Assembly: GCA_964415895.1 (NCBI GenBank)
Contig: CAYQCC010000001.1
Span: forward strand, 119,073 to 183,072
From: an uncultured Candidatus Saccharibacteria bacterium
GTDB taxonomy: Bacteria; Patescibacteriota; Minisyncoccia; Phycocordibacterales; UBA1006
Direction: 5' to 3'
DNA length: 64,000 nt
Within the stretch, counting starts at the first letter, position 1, and each line of letters begins with the position of its first letter. A model generated the notes under the pieces. The model saw only the letters and a list, made by a program, of their open reading frames with translations, had not been told where the DNA came from and did no database searches. This document shows, piece by piece, positions 10,327 to 20,152 of this stretch. The translations under genes and the position numbers were made by a program.

Positions 10327-11007
10327 ATGAAATTCTCACCTGATTCTGCAAAAAAAACGATCAAAAACGGCATTCTAACAGTGGGACTTACGCTAGGACT
10401 TGCTACTATTAGTAATGCTCAAGAAAACAAAGGAGCAGTAAAAGATACTGAAAAACCAGTTGTTGAAACTGCTGTACAAACTAATATCGAGAAGGATAAC
10501 CAACTTATTCTTAGTAAAATAGTTGCTATAGAAGTTGGCGCGCAAAAACAGGCACAAAAAGTTGTTGAGGATGGAAAAACTACGTACGCGTTCATGCGCG
10601 AATCTGAAGTTACTCGCCAGGCAGACTATCAAACATCTGCTATCGAGGAAATTGCTACATTCAATGCAGCAAGCATCTATATTAATAGCGAAGAAAACGG
10701 AAAGTCGTTTAATGTTGCAGCACGAAGCGTTGGTGACATGAATGTTTTACAGCAGGAATCAGAGATTATGAATGAGTTTGGATTCAAAAATCCAAACAAT
10801 GTTCTCAAGAAAATGTCAGCAGTTGATACGTATGTAGTCGTTGGAATCCATGGATCTAATCTTGTTATACGACTTATAAATCCAACAACAAAAGAAATGA
10901 CTGTTCATGAATATGATTTGGAGCTCAATCCAAATCGTACTTTGGAACAACAAGCTGATAAAATTGCCGAAGTAACACAAGAAAAAGTCCAAGAGTTACT
11001 AAAATAA
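10327..11007 (+). CDS. Hypothetical secreted protein
   Basis: Basic plus hydrophobic signal peptide ending SNA. Confidence 0.7.
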   Translation: MKFSPDSAKKTIKNGILTVGLTLGLATISNAQENKGAVKDTEKPVVETAVQTNIEKDNQLILSKIVAIEVGAQKQAQKVVEDGKTTYAFMRESEVTRQADYQTSAIEEIATFNAASIYINSEENGKSFNVAARSVGDMNVLQQESEIMNEFGFKNPNNVLKKMSAVDTYVVVGIHGSNLVIRLINPTTKEMTVHEYDLELNPNRTLEQQADKIAEVTQEKVQELLK

Positions 11008-11027
11008 AAAACACTTCTCGGTGTTTT

Positions 11028-11516
11028 TTATTTTACAAAGCTTTTTAAAAAATCATAAGCTGCTCTTTGGTCGGCTTGTTTTATTGAGAGGTATTTATGA
11101 TAATTTTCTTCAGAGTCAAGAAAATACATTTTAATATCAGCATTCTCAATAGTTTCTAACGTTGAATTAAATAATTCTTTTTCAACAGGTTTTTCTTCTT
11201 GCTCACTTACCCATTCATAATCATTTCGGTGTTCAGTTGACCTAAAGTTTTGGGAATCAAATACATATATGGCTCCTCCTTGGTCTTGTTCTTTAAATTT
11301 TTCTTTTGAAACAGGTAGTGCAACAAAATATTCACCATTATAGATTCCAGCAGACCACCCATAAGCTCCTTTTGCTAAATATGACAAAGCTGTCTTTTTA
11401 TCTGGAGATGCGAAAACAAACTCTTTTTCTTCACCTTCAAATATTTTATTTTTAGGAATTAGAGAATTAATATCTTTCTTGGGTGATCCATGATAAAGAA
11501 ATTTAGGCTTTTCCAT
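11028..11516 (-). CDS. Putative ADP-ribosyltransferase-fold protein
   Basis: LYHGS, VFAS, ALSY, GAIY, YEWVS pattern. Confidence 0.5.
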   Translation of the reverse strand: MEKPKFLYHGSPKKDINSLIPKNKIFEGEEKEFVFASPDKKTALSYLAKGAYGWSAGIYNGEYFVALPVSKEKFKEQDQGGAIYVFDSQNFRSTEHRNDYEWVSEQEEKPVEKELFNSTLETIENADIKMYFLDSEENYHKYLSIKQADQRAAYDFLKSFVK

Positions 11517-11517
11517 A

Positions 11518-12999
11518 TTATTCTTTTGGTCGCATGATTGGGTAAAAGATTACATCGCGTAGATTGTCCTGCTCTGTTAGAATCGCCACTAATCGGTCAA
11601 TTCCAAGTCCAAAACCTGTCATAGGCGGCATTCCGTGCTCCATAGCAGTAATAAATCGCTCGTCGCTTTCCATGGCCTCGTCGTCTCCTCCAGCTTTTGC
11701 AGCAGATTGCTTATCCAGTAGTTCACGTTGAACAATTGGATTAACTAATTCTGCGTATTGATTGGTGATTTCTGCGCCTGCAATGATCAATTGAGTAACC
11801 TGCGCAGTTCCGTCAGGATTTTGTTGTGCAAGTGGTTTCAATTCGCTTGGGTAATTCATTACGAATGTCGGTTGAACAATATTGTTTCGTGAAGACTTTT
11901 TATATACATGATCGAGTAAATTTCCTCGTCCTGTTTTTGCAACATCTTCGTCACTCATTCCCCATTTCTTTGCAGCAGTTTTAATGTCATCCATTGACGC
12001 AGTTGCCATATCCAGACCTGCATTTTTTCGAAGTAAGTCATCAAATCGAACTCGTTCCCAAACACCGTCCAGATCAACTTCTACCTTGTTTCCATGTTTA
12101 TCTTCAACCATGAACGCCATCTTACCAATAACGTCTTTTGCTAATCCTCGAATCAGGTTTTCAGTCCACTGCATGTTGGTTTCTAATGTCTCGTAGGCTG
12201 CATACCATTCCATCATCGTAAACTCTTGGATATGGGTAGGATCTGAGCCTTCGTTTCGGAAGTTCTTGCTGATCTCATAAATTCGGTTATAACCTGCAAC
12301 CATCATCATTTTGTGTTCAAGCTCCATGGCAATACGTAATACCATGTCCATATCATAATCATTGTGATGAGTGTTGAATGTGCGCGCCATTGCCCCACCT
12401 GCTTGATTTTGTAAAATTGGTGTTTCAATTTCAAGGAAATTTTTGTCGTCAAAAAACGTACGAATATATTTGATAATTTTAGCTCGTGTTTCAAATCGTT
12501 TGTATACATCATTATCAACAATCGCATCCAGATATCGTTTTCGCATTTTTTCTTCTGCATCTTCAAGTCCGTAATGTTCCGACGGAATTGGAAGAAGTGT
12601 TTTCGTTGCCATTGTCCAAGATTTTACGAGTAAACTTTGAGCACCTTTTTGTGTCACAAATAATATTCCTGTTACAGAAATAAAGTCACCTAAATCAACC
12701 GAACTTGAAAACAGTTTGAATAGTTCTTCGTCAATTTCGTCTTTCTTGAAAACAGCTTGAAATTTTTCAGTTCCATCAAATAATGTTGCAAACATGATCG
12801 CGCCTTGTCCACGTAATGATAAAATCCGCCCTACAATAGAGGCTGGTTCTTTCGATAATTCAAGCGACTCAAAATTACTTACTACTTCTGATAAGGTGTG
12901 AGTTCGTGCAACTGAGACAGGAAATGCCTCCATTCCAAAATCTTTTAATAATGTTAGCTTTTCAGCGCGTACGGAACGCAATTCATCAAGTGATGCCAT
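11518..12999 (-). CDS. lysS: Lysine-tRNA ligase
   Basis: OB fold, RKRYLD, FRNEG, EFTMME, GMPPMTGFGLGIDRL. Confidence 0.97.
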   Translation of the reverse strand: MASLDELRSVRAEKLTLLKDFGMEAFPVSVARTHTLSEVVSNFESLELSKEPASIVGRILSLRGQGAIMFATLFDGTEKFQAVFKKDEIDEELFKLFSSSVDLGDFISVTGILFVTQKGAQSLLVKSWTMATKTLLPIPSEHYGLEDAEEKMRKRYLDAIVDNDVYKRFETRAKIIKYIRTFFDDKNFLEIETPILQNQAGGAMARTFNTHHNDYDMDMVLRIAMELEHKMMMVAGYNRIYEISKNFRNEGSDPTHIQEFTMMEWYAAYETLETNMQWTENLIRGLAKDVIGKMAFMVEDKHGNKVEVDLDGVWERVRFDDLLRKNAGLDMATASMDDIKTAAKKWGMSDEDVAKTGRGNLLDHVYKKSSRNNIVQPTFVMNYPSELKPLAQQNPDGTAQVTQLIIAGAEITNQYAELVNPIVQRELLDKQSAAKAGGDDEAMESDERFITAMEHGMPPMTGFGLGIDRLVAILTEQDNLRDVIFYPIMRPKE

Positions 13000-13043
13000 A
13001 ATGAAAGGATTATAACACTAATCACCTGTTTTTTCCACAAAAA

Positions 13044-13069
13044 AAAGGACTTGCTCTCACAAGTCCTTT
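13044..13069 (-). terminator. Intrinsic terminator
   Basis: AAAGGACTTG/CAAGTCCTTT IR with T-run on minus strand. Confidence 0.75.
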
Positions 13070-13136
13070 CGGCACGGATGCCTACATTTAGTTCAGTACA
13101 TGTATAATAACACATATCTATACTGAATGCAAGTAA

Positions 13137-13832
13137 CTATTGAATGGACACAATTGTGTAAGAAACTTCACCTCGTGGTGTCGTAATAGTAAATGTGTCG
13201 TTTGCAGACTTACCAACCATCATAGAACCCATTGGCGAACTTGTAGATATCTTATTCTGGCCAATATCAGCTTCTGTATCTGACACAATCATGAATGTTT
13301 TTGTATCTGTATCACCATCTTTTTTCACAACAACTGTTGCACCAAGTTCAACTTTTCCAGAATCAGATCGCTTTACGATTTCAGAATGTTTCAAGATATG
13401 TTCGATTTCCATAATACGTGACTCATTCTTTCCCTGTTCTGCACGTGCTGAATGATATTCCGCATTCTCAGATAAGTCTCCGTGTGCTCGAGCTGTTGCA
13501 ACTCGTTCGCCAATTTCTGTGCGCAAAGTTCCCTTGCGATCTGCAAGTTCTGCTTCAAGTTCAACCTTTTTTTGTGCTGTAATAAGTTCTTTTTCCATAT
13601 TCGTATCAATAACAATTAATCGTTTTAATAAGTCTTCCAGATGTAAAATCCGTCCTGTATTTTTTGCCTGCGCTGTTCGTGCTGCGTCCCATTCCGCATT
13701 TTCAGGCAAGTCACCTAGTTCAAATGCTTCGCCAACCTGTCTTACAATATCGGGCCGCTCAACGGTTTTTAGGTAATGTAATTCAGCTTCAAACTTTTCC
13801 TTTGTTTGTTGACTGACAAACTCTGGTTCCAT
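13137..13832 (-). CDS. greA: Transcription elongation factor GreA with duplicated N-terminal coiled coil
   Basis: GDLPENAEW and GDLSENAEY motifs, then a C-terminal domain (EAD...KIS..SPMG). Confidence 0.92.
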   Translation of the reverse strand: MEPEFVSQQTKEKFEAELHYLKTVERPDIVRQVGEAFELGDLPENAEWDAARTAQAKNTGRILHLEDLLKRLIVIDTNMEKELITAQKKVELEAELADRKGTLRTEIGERVATARAHGDLSENAEYHSARAEQGKNESRIMEIEHILKHSEIVKRSDSGKVELGATVVVKKDGDTDTKTFMIVSDTEADIGQNKISTSSPMGSMMVGKSANDTFTITTPRGEVSYTIVSIQ

Positions 13833-13919
13833 ATCTGTGATACTAACATATTTCCATAATAAAAAAAACTATGATTCTGATAATTCAGAATCATAGTCCA
13901 TTAAGAAATTCGCTTCAAT

Positions 13920-14039
13920 TTAGCTGGATGGTGAACATGTTACTGCTTTTTTTGCATCTTTGTTTCCGTCCGGTTTGTGGTCAGCAGCTGTAAATCCCGT
14001 TGGGTCCAAGCTGGTTCCACCTTTGAATAATTTTCTCAT
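13920..14039 (-). CDS. Putative 39-aa small protein
   Basis: MRKLFKGGTSLDPTGFTAADHKPDGNKDAKKAVTCSPSS; TTGACA-16-TATATT promoter; terminator 13868-13897. Confidence 0.45.
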   Translation of the reverse strand: MRKLFKGGTSLDPTGFTAADHKPDGNKDAKKAVTCSPSS

Positions 14040-14102
14040 GATGTAATCCCTATTTTAATTAGGTTGAATCAAATATATCAAACAGTAACTTAATGTCAAG
14101 TA

Positions 14103-15812
14103 CTAAATACTACTAAAAAATTCAGGTTGATTATTTTGAATCCAATCAAACAATACGCGAACTGCTCGTGTTGCACCTGCTTGGTTAGTTGACGGAGCTA
14201 AGTCCATTACAACAGAAAACGCATATCGTGGGCTTTCATACGGAAAGAATCCTGTTGACCAAGAGTTCATCGAACGATTCCCTTTTCCAATTTGAGCCGT
14301 ACCCGTTTTAACTGCAGCATGAACATACGGAACATCAAGCGTTGTTGCCGTACCACGTAGTACGGTCTGACGCATAGCATCACGAATAATTTGGTAATTC
14401 TTTGGATCAATTCCAGTTATTTCAATCTTCTCAAAATCCTTTATCGGAACATCTTTTTCTAAGTGTGGCGTAATCAACGTTCCGCCGTTTGCAAGTGCGC
14501 CAACCGCTCGAACCATTTGTAATAGAGACACCTGAAAACCAAACTGACCAATCGCAGAGTTATACGTATCACCTTGGCGCCAAGCGTTATCAGTTGCAAA
14601 TGCTTTTAGTTTCCATTGTGGTGATGGAATTGTTCCAGCTTTATCACCATCAAGTTCGAATCCTGTTGGTTGAGCTAATCCAAACTTTTCTGCATATTCA
14701 TCTATTCGTGAAATTCCAAGCGGTGTTGTAATGCCTTGCGCTCCACCACCAATTGCATAGAAAAACGTGTTTACAGATTCAGCAATTGCAGTGTATACGT
14801 TTGTAGTACCATGACCTCCTTTTTTCCAATCTCGAAATACCTGAGGATTACTAGGATCATATCGGTTTGGAATTTCAGTTTCTCCTGTTGAAAACACGGT
14901 CGTAGATGGCGTAATAACACCTTCCTGAAGAGCTCCAAGTGCCAAGTAGGGCTTTACTGTCGAACCCGGTGTATAAAGTCCTGTTACAGCGCGGTTAAGG
15001 TAAATCTTTCGCTCGTCGGTCGCATATTCTGAAATAATCGCACGATCCTTTCCTTGTGATAAAATATTAGAATCAAATTCAGGATAACTGGTCATAGCAA
15101 TAACTTCACCTGTTTTCAAATCTGTTAAAATCCCAGCGCCTCCTTGGAAATTATTAGACTCGGCCAAATCTTTAATTGCGTTATACATGGCAGATTGAAT
15201 TCCTGCATCAATAGATAACGTTAGGTTTTTTCCTGGTTCTGGTGGAATCATCATGTTTTCAGATGTGATCTTTCCACTGGCATCAACCTCGACAACCTTG
15301 CTTCCGTTTTTACCTGATAGATAATCACCAAACTTTTTCTCAATACCTGATTTTCCAAGAATTGATTCGCGCCAGAAAAAACCTGATTGGTCACGCGTTG
15401 GATACCCAACATAACCAAGCAAGTGCCCAAAGCCGCCACCAACAATATAACCACGATGTAAAAATGGCTCACCTTCTGGTGCTGGAACATTCCATGCCAT
15501 TGCTTTTCCGTTTCGATCGAACACAACGCCACGTTCTGAAAAGATTGGAATTTCGTGAAGTCGATTATTTTCTGACAATGCAAAAAACTTTTGACCACCA
15601 ACAATTTGAACCTTGACTAGTTGTGCGGCAAAAATCAACATAAACAGAATCACAAAAAAACCGAACAATTTTATTGATCGTTTACTGATAGGCCGCTCAA
15701 TAATTCCTTCGAATTGTTGTGTATCAAATCCTGGACGATTTTCTGCATCCATCAAAATTTGATCTGGGTCAATGAATCTATTTTTAATTTTCTTTGATCG
15801 TCTAAAAATCAT
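14103..15812 (-). CDS. mrdA: Penicillin-binding protein 2 (class B)
   Basis: TM, PGSTVK (SxxK), SVN, KTGTAQ. Confidence 0.92.
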   Translation of the reverse strand: MIFRRSKKIKNRFIDPDQILMDAENRPGFDTQQFEGIIERPISKRSIKLFGFFVILFMLIFAAQLVKVQIVGGQKFFALSENNRLHEIPIFSERGVVFDRNGKAMAWNVPAPEGEPFLHRGYIVGGGFGHLLGYVGYPTRDQSGFFWRESILGKSGIEKKFGDYLSGKNGSKVVEVDASGKITSENMMIPPEPGKNLTLSIDAGIQSAMYNAIKDLAESNNFQGGAGILTDLKTGEVIAMTSYPEFDSNILSQGKDRAIISEYATDERKIYLNRAVTGLYTPGSTVKPYLALGALQEGVITPSTTVFSTGETEIPNRYDPSNPQVFRDWKKGGHGTTNVYTAIAESVNTFFYAIGGGAQGITTPLGISRIDEYAEKFGLAQPTGFELDGDKAGTIPSPQWKLKAFATDNAWRQGDTYNSAIGQFGFQVSLLQMVRAVGALANGGTLITPHLEKDVPIKDFEKIEITGIDPKNYQIIRDAMRQTVLRGTATTLDVPYVHAAVKTGTAQIGKGNRSMNSWSTGFFPYESPRYAFSVVMDLAPSTNQAGATRAVRVLFDWIQNNQPEFFSSI

Positions 15813-16084
15813 AAGAATTTTGGTCTGCGTGTTATTTTCTGCACAATGAATGAAACGATGAAGATTCCTAACATGATTGCCGTATTAATAAATGTTGCAT
15901 ACCAGTGCATACCGGGAATGTGATAATGGATATCGTAAAATAATCCGATAGCAATAATTTCAAAAAAGTTATCAATTAATAATGCAGCAATGGCACATAG
16001 CACAAAAACCAACCACCATGGAAATAGGTTGGCACTAATAAACAATGCTATTAAGATTATACAACGAACAATAGCTTGTTTCAT
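15809..16084 (-). CDS. Small membrane protein, MreD-like position
   Basis: Hydrophobic 91 aa overlapping the PBP2 start. Confidence 0.65.
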   Translation of the reverse strand: MKQAIVRCIILIALFISANLFPWWLVFVLCAIAALLIDNFFEIIAIGLFYDIHYHIPGMHWYATFINTAIMLGIFIVSFIVQKITRRPKFL

Positions 16085-16090
16085 ATAGGT

Positions 16091-16702
16091 TTAATAACCT
16101 TGTGGGTGGCGGAATTTATTGATAATACGAGCAATGATAGTCAGAATAAGGAAAATAGCAATTCCGTAAAATATAACTCGTGATGAGAAAATAATCACAA
16201 ACAAGAACAAGACAAAACTATACAGTTTTAGTAAAAATACATTTCCTGTGCTTTGAACCTCTGTTCCAGATCCTTGGAATAAGGTGTCTTGCTGACCATC
16301 CAAAAGCTTATCAACACGACCACTACGCTTTATATCTTGATCTTCAGTAATAACAGCAATTTGAGTTTCCTTCTCGAGCTTAATTGCTTTCCAGATTTCA
16401 AGTTGTGCAGCTCGCCATGCGTCAGCTTTTTCATAAATTGAAATCCCAAAATTTTTGATTGAATTCCAAATACCTTTTGCTTCAACTTTAGCTTCTTCAA
16501 CCTTTGGAGCTGTCTTTTCCGCAACTGAATCCTTTACCGCCTCAGCTTTTGCATCAACTACTGCTTTTACTTTTGTACTAGTTGTTGTTTTTGCAGTTTC
16601 TTTGCTTTGCGCATATGCTGGCGAAATCAAAACAATACCGGCGACACCAGATCCGATAATAACAGTTGCTAATAATTGAAATAGGAATATTTTTGTTCTC
16701 AT
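16091..16702 (-). CDS. Hypothetical membrane protein
   Basis: Signal peptide and two C-terminal TMs. Confidence 0.7.
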   Translation of the reverse strand: MRTKIFLFQLLATVIIGSGVAGIVLISPAYAQSKETAKTTTSTKVKAVVDAKAEAVKDSVAEKTAPKVEEAKVEAKGIWNSIKNFGISIYEKADAWRAAQLEIWKAIKLEKETQIAVITEDQDIKRSGRVDKLLDGQQDTLFQGSGTEVQSTGNVFLLKLYSFVLFLFVIIFSSRVIFYGIAIFLILTIIARIINKFRHPQGY

Positions 16703-16718
16703 ATAATAATAGTATACC

Positions 16719-17123
16719 TTAGTTGTTAATTTTCTCAACGATTGCAATAATATGTGGAATAAAAATAAACAATCCAATGATCAACGCCGTTATTGCAGAA
16801 ATCAATACCGCTGCTGCTGCGACATCTTTTGTATCTTTTGCATATGGATGAAAGTCTGGCGACGTTAAATCAATATCGATCTCGATCGCTGTATTAAACG
16901 CTTCTGCTGCCAAAACAAAACCAGCTGCTAGAATTAAAAACATCCAATCAATGTGCGAAATATTAAGAGAAATTCCTAAGATAATACCAGCAATTAAAGC
17001 TGCTATATGAACCCATGCATTATGAGTTCCTTTAATAAAAACAATTAAACCTCGTCCTGCATGTTCAAAACTTTTCGCACGTTTTAATAAAGAAAACTTT
17101 TTATCATTAAGTGTAGATTGCAT
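16719..17123 (-). CDS. dgkA: Diacylglycerol/undecaprenol kinase
   Basis: SFEHAGRG, EAFNTAIE, AKDTKDVAAAAV. Confidence 0.9.
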   Translation of the reverse strand: MQSTLNDKKFSLLKRAKSFEHAGRGLIVFIKGTHNAWVHIAALIAGIILGISLNISHIDWMFLILAAGFVLAAEAFNTAIEIDIDLTSPDFHPYAKDTKDVAAAAVLISAITALIIGLFIFIPHIIAIVEKINN

Positions 17124-17235
17124 ATGACAAAAGTATATCACAAGTATTACTTGACTTTTATCATAAAATGTATTAGGGTGTTGTTCGATTTGCACAAAAC
17201 CTATTTTAATAAACAAACCAAAAAACAATTTTGTC

Positions 17236-17721
17236 ATGGCACCAACATTAGAACATTTGATTACTTTGTATGACACACTGCTGGTGTGGATCAAGGAACA
17301 TTCCCTCGAAGCCTATGAAGCAGTATTAGGAAACGTGTCCGACGATGAATGGGCTGAACGAAAGGTTCTTGCAATATACAATCTTGGTAAAGAAACCAAT
17401 TTTGAGTATACAGAAGAAGAACCTACCGACCCTTTTCTGATAGACATGTTTGATGGAATTCGATTCTCCACTCATACCTCGGAGAAAGCTGAGGATAGAA
17501 AGAATCGATGCATGTTTCAGACACTTTTTGTCCTGATCATGTCGGGTAATTATGACCCGAACCAACGAATAGTAATATTTGTTGAGTACAAAGAACATTA
17601 TCTGAAATATAGAATTTTCTATAAATCAGATCTCGAGGCCGGATTCCTCAAAGAAATTACGGACCCAAGCACAGCGCTTGAGTTACCGTTTAAAGTAAAA
17701 AATGAATATGTATATGCCTAA
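17236..17721 (+). CDS. Hypothetical protein (ORFan)
   Basis: 161 aa; TTGACT-17-TAGGGT promoter at 17151. Confidence 0.7.
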   Translation: MAPTLEHLITLYDTLLVWIKEHSLEAYEAVLGNVSDDEWAERKVLAIYNLGKETNFEYTEEEPTDPFLIDMFDGIRFSTHTSEKAEDRKNRCMFQTLFVLIMSGNYDPNQRIVIFVEYKEHYLKYRIFYKSDLEAGFLKEITDPSTALELPFKVKNEYVYA

Positions 17722-17772
17722 ACTATGTTAGTTTAAGAAATATACAAAAAAAGCAGTACCGGACTGCTTTTT

Positions 17773-18228
17773 TTATTTAAAATCTTCGGGATTAAAAAAT
17801 TCTTTCAGGGCATTTGTTTGCCAGCATAGTTCAACATTGTTTAATTCTTCTTTCGAGAAAAAACCAATTTCTTCACATTCATCAGTTGTTTTAAAATCAT
17901 AATTTTCAAGTTCTACTTGATATCCTAATACTAATGAATAGAACCAATCCATATCTCGTTCGTTTTCAAATCTCCATGTCCAAGTATAGATTGGATGCTT
18001 TGAAATACTTTTTACTTTGATTCCAGTTTCTTCCTCTACTTCTCGCCTAAGACCTTCTTCTATGCTTTCTCCAAAATCAAGTCCGCCGCCAGGAAGTTCC
18101 CATTGGCCGCTTAATGCTTGAGATTCTTTGAGTAGTAGTATTTTCCCATCTTTAATTACAAGACCCTTTACTGATACTCTATAAAATGAAGGTGGAAAAT
18201 CTTTTGATGTGGGTATTATTGAATTCAT
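17773..18228 (-). CDS. NUDIX hydrolase
   Basis: GGGLDFGESIEEGLRREVEEETG Nudix box. Confidence 0.93.
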   Translation of the reverse strand: MNSIIPTSKDFPPSFYRVSVKGLVIKDGKILLLKESQALSGQWELPGGGLDFGESIEEGLRREVEEETGIKVKSISKHPIYTWTWRFENERDMDWFYSLVLGYQVELENYDFKTTDECEEIGFFSKEELNNVELCWQTNALKEFFNPEDFK

Positions 18229-20051
18229 ATTTTAATGATATCACTTAATCTTTCTTTTCCTAGCACATGTAATTCCGTAATGGCGCGAGTTAGCGCCACG
18301 TATAACAGGTCTTTTTGCATCAGCTTTCGCTCTACAATATGTTCAGGCAAGACATCAAGATGATGCGTAACCTCCAGTGACTTCTGATCCATTCCTACGA
18401 TTACTACCAAGTCAAACTCAACACCTTGTGATTCAAGTATTGTCAGCACATGAATGTTCTTATTGTGCTTGAACTCCTCTTTAAACGGAGTTAAGTGCGA
18501 ATCATGTTTTGATAAAACACCAATGGTTCCGCGCTCGTATTCTGGAATTATTTTTTTAATGTGATCAATTTCTTCTTTAGTTGAACTGTATACTTTTTCT
18601 ACAACAGCTGGACCTTCTTTTAAGCCTTCTGGTATTTCAATTTTATAGCCAAGCGATTGGATAAATGACAAGATATGTTTTGTGTTTCGATAAACTTTAT
18701 TCAATCGAATGTTTCGTTCTGGAATGATGACTTCATTAATCTGGCTCCATTCTTTAATCGTTCCCAGTTTTACCTGCTGTCCAATGTCGCCAACATATAA
18801 TGACGATCGTGTGTTTTCATTAACTGTTTTATTAATAATACGTAATTGCTCTGGGAGATAGTTTTGGAATTCGTCGATGATAATCAATGAATATTGAATA
18901 TCAGTTGTGCGAGTCTTTTCTACTTGTTTCCCTTTTATGAATGTTTGATACGTTTTGCTGATTTCAAATTTCTGATGTTTTTCAAAATAGGAAGCAAGTA
19001 AGATTGTAATATCAAATCGATCAAGAGTATTTTCTAGTTTTTGCTTATTAAACAAGTCTTCATCTGGTTTTGAAAAGTAGTTCTTATACTGTGTGTTTAA
19101 TATTGTATAGACATTTTGGTTCGATGTTGAAATCAAGCCTTCCCGCAAAGCCCTAATTTTGTGATATTCATACAAATCTTTTTCCTCGTCAGTGGTTCCA
19201 TACCGTTCTTGATAAACATATTCATTCAATCCAAGAATTGAAAAAGCCCACTCTGAAAAGGTGGTTATTTGTACATCATGAATTCCAAGTCCCGGAAGCA
19301 GTGTTCCAAAATAGTTTTTCGTTCCAATATCTTGAACAAATACAATAATAGATTTTGGTGGATAAAATTCTGATGTTTCTGGAGCCTGGGTTAAATATGC
19401 GACACGATGGAGTGCAAGTGTTGTTTTACCAGAACCTGCAGGTCCACCAATAACAAGCGGTCCTTTATGACTTGCACGAATTACTTGATCCTGTGCTTTT
19501 TCCATTTGCGCAACGATTTCAGGAAGTGCGAATTCTGATTTTTGTTTTGTAAAATGTTCCTGATAGATTAATTCCCGAGGATTGTCTTGCGATTCAATAG
19601 CAAAGAACAAAATCTTCCCATCAACAATCATGTATTGTTCTTTTTGCTTGATCGTAACAGGTTTTATTTCACCAGTTGGTAATTTGAACGATGTTGCGCC
19701 TGGATTTTCAAACCGAATGGCCGCAATCGGTGCGATCCACGAATAAATGGATTCCTCTGTGAATTCATGTTTTCCAAAAAAATATGTTTTATGTTCGCCT
19801 TCTTCGTTTATAATGTCGCACTTCATAAAATAGGGCGAACTTTCCAGGTGGACTAGTTCCTCTACCCGTGTCTGAGCATTTAATGTTATATGCATTTGCG
19901 CCATCTGATCCTCTGGTGCTAGCTTGCTAAATTGGGCCAGCGTTCTATTGGCAAGAAATCGTACATCACCAAGCTTTTCTTGGATCTTCTTGCGCGTTGA
20001 ATCGATATGAACTTTTACACTATTTAATAATGTTTCCTTATGTAATTCCAT
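18225..20051 (-). CDS. helD: HelD-like SF1 ATPase (RNA polymerase recycling factor)
   Basis: PYF..C/W.APIA N-terminal domain, EIVAQMEKAQDQVIR, GPAGSGKTTLALHRVAYL, DEFQ, GVEFD, LYVALTRA. Confidence 0.82.
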   Translation of the reverse strand: MELHKETLLNSVKVHIDSTRKKIQEKLGDVRFLANRTLAQFSKLAPEDQMAQMHITLNAQTRVEELVHLESSPYFMKCDIINEEGEHKTYFFGKHEFTEESIYSWIAPIAAIRFENPGATSFKLPTGEIKPVTIKQKEQYMIVDGKILFFAIESQDNPRELIYQEHFTKQKSEFALPEIVAQMEKAQDQVIRASHKGPLVIGGPAGSGKTTLALHRVAYLTQAPETSEFYPPKSIIVFVQDIGTKNYFGTLLPGLGIHDVQITTFSEWAFSILGLNEYVYQERYGTTDEEKDLYEYHKIRALREGLISTSNQNVYTILNTQYKNYFSKPDEDLFNKQKLENTLDRFDITILLASYFEKHQKFEISKTYQTFIKGKQVEKTRTTDIQYSLIIIDEFQNYLPEQLRIINKTVNENTRSSLYVGDIGQQVKLGTIKEWSQINEVIIPERNIRLNKVYRNTKHILSFIQSLGYKIEIPEGLKEGPAVVEKVYSSTKEEIDHIKKIIPEYERGTIGVLSKHDSHLTPFKEEFKHNKNIHVLTILESQGVEFDLVVIVGMDQKSLEVTHHLDVLPEHIVERKLMQKDLLYVALTRAITELHVLGKERLSDIIKI

Positions 20052-20152
20052 AAAAGAGAGATTAATTAGTAAGCTATACCAAGCGTACTGCATATTCATT
20101 TTTCGAGAAAATAAATATAACACATATTTTTAAAATTCGCTAGCTCGCTAGC

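Noticed and set aside
13093-13101. ATG-TAC-TGA minigene
   Set aside because: The ATG is only 2 nt from the -10 and would not be transcribed from that promoter
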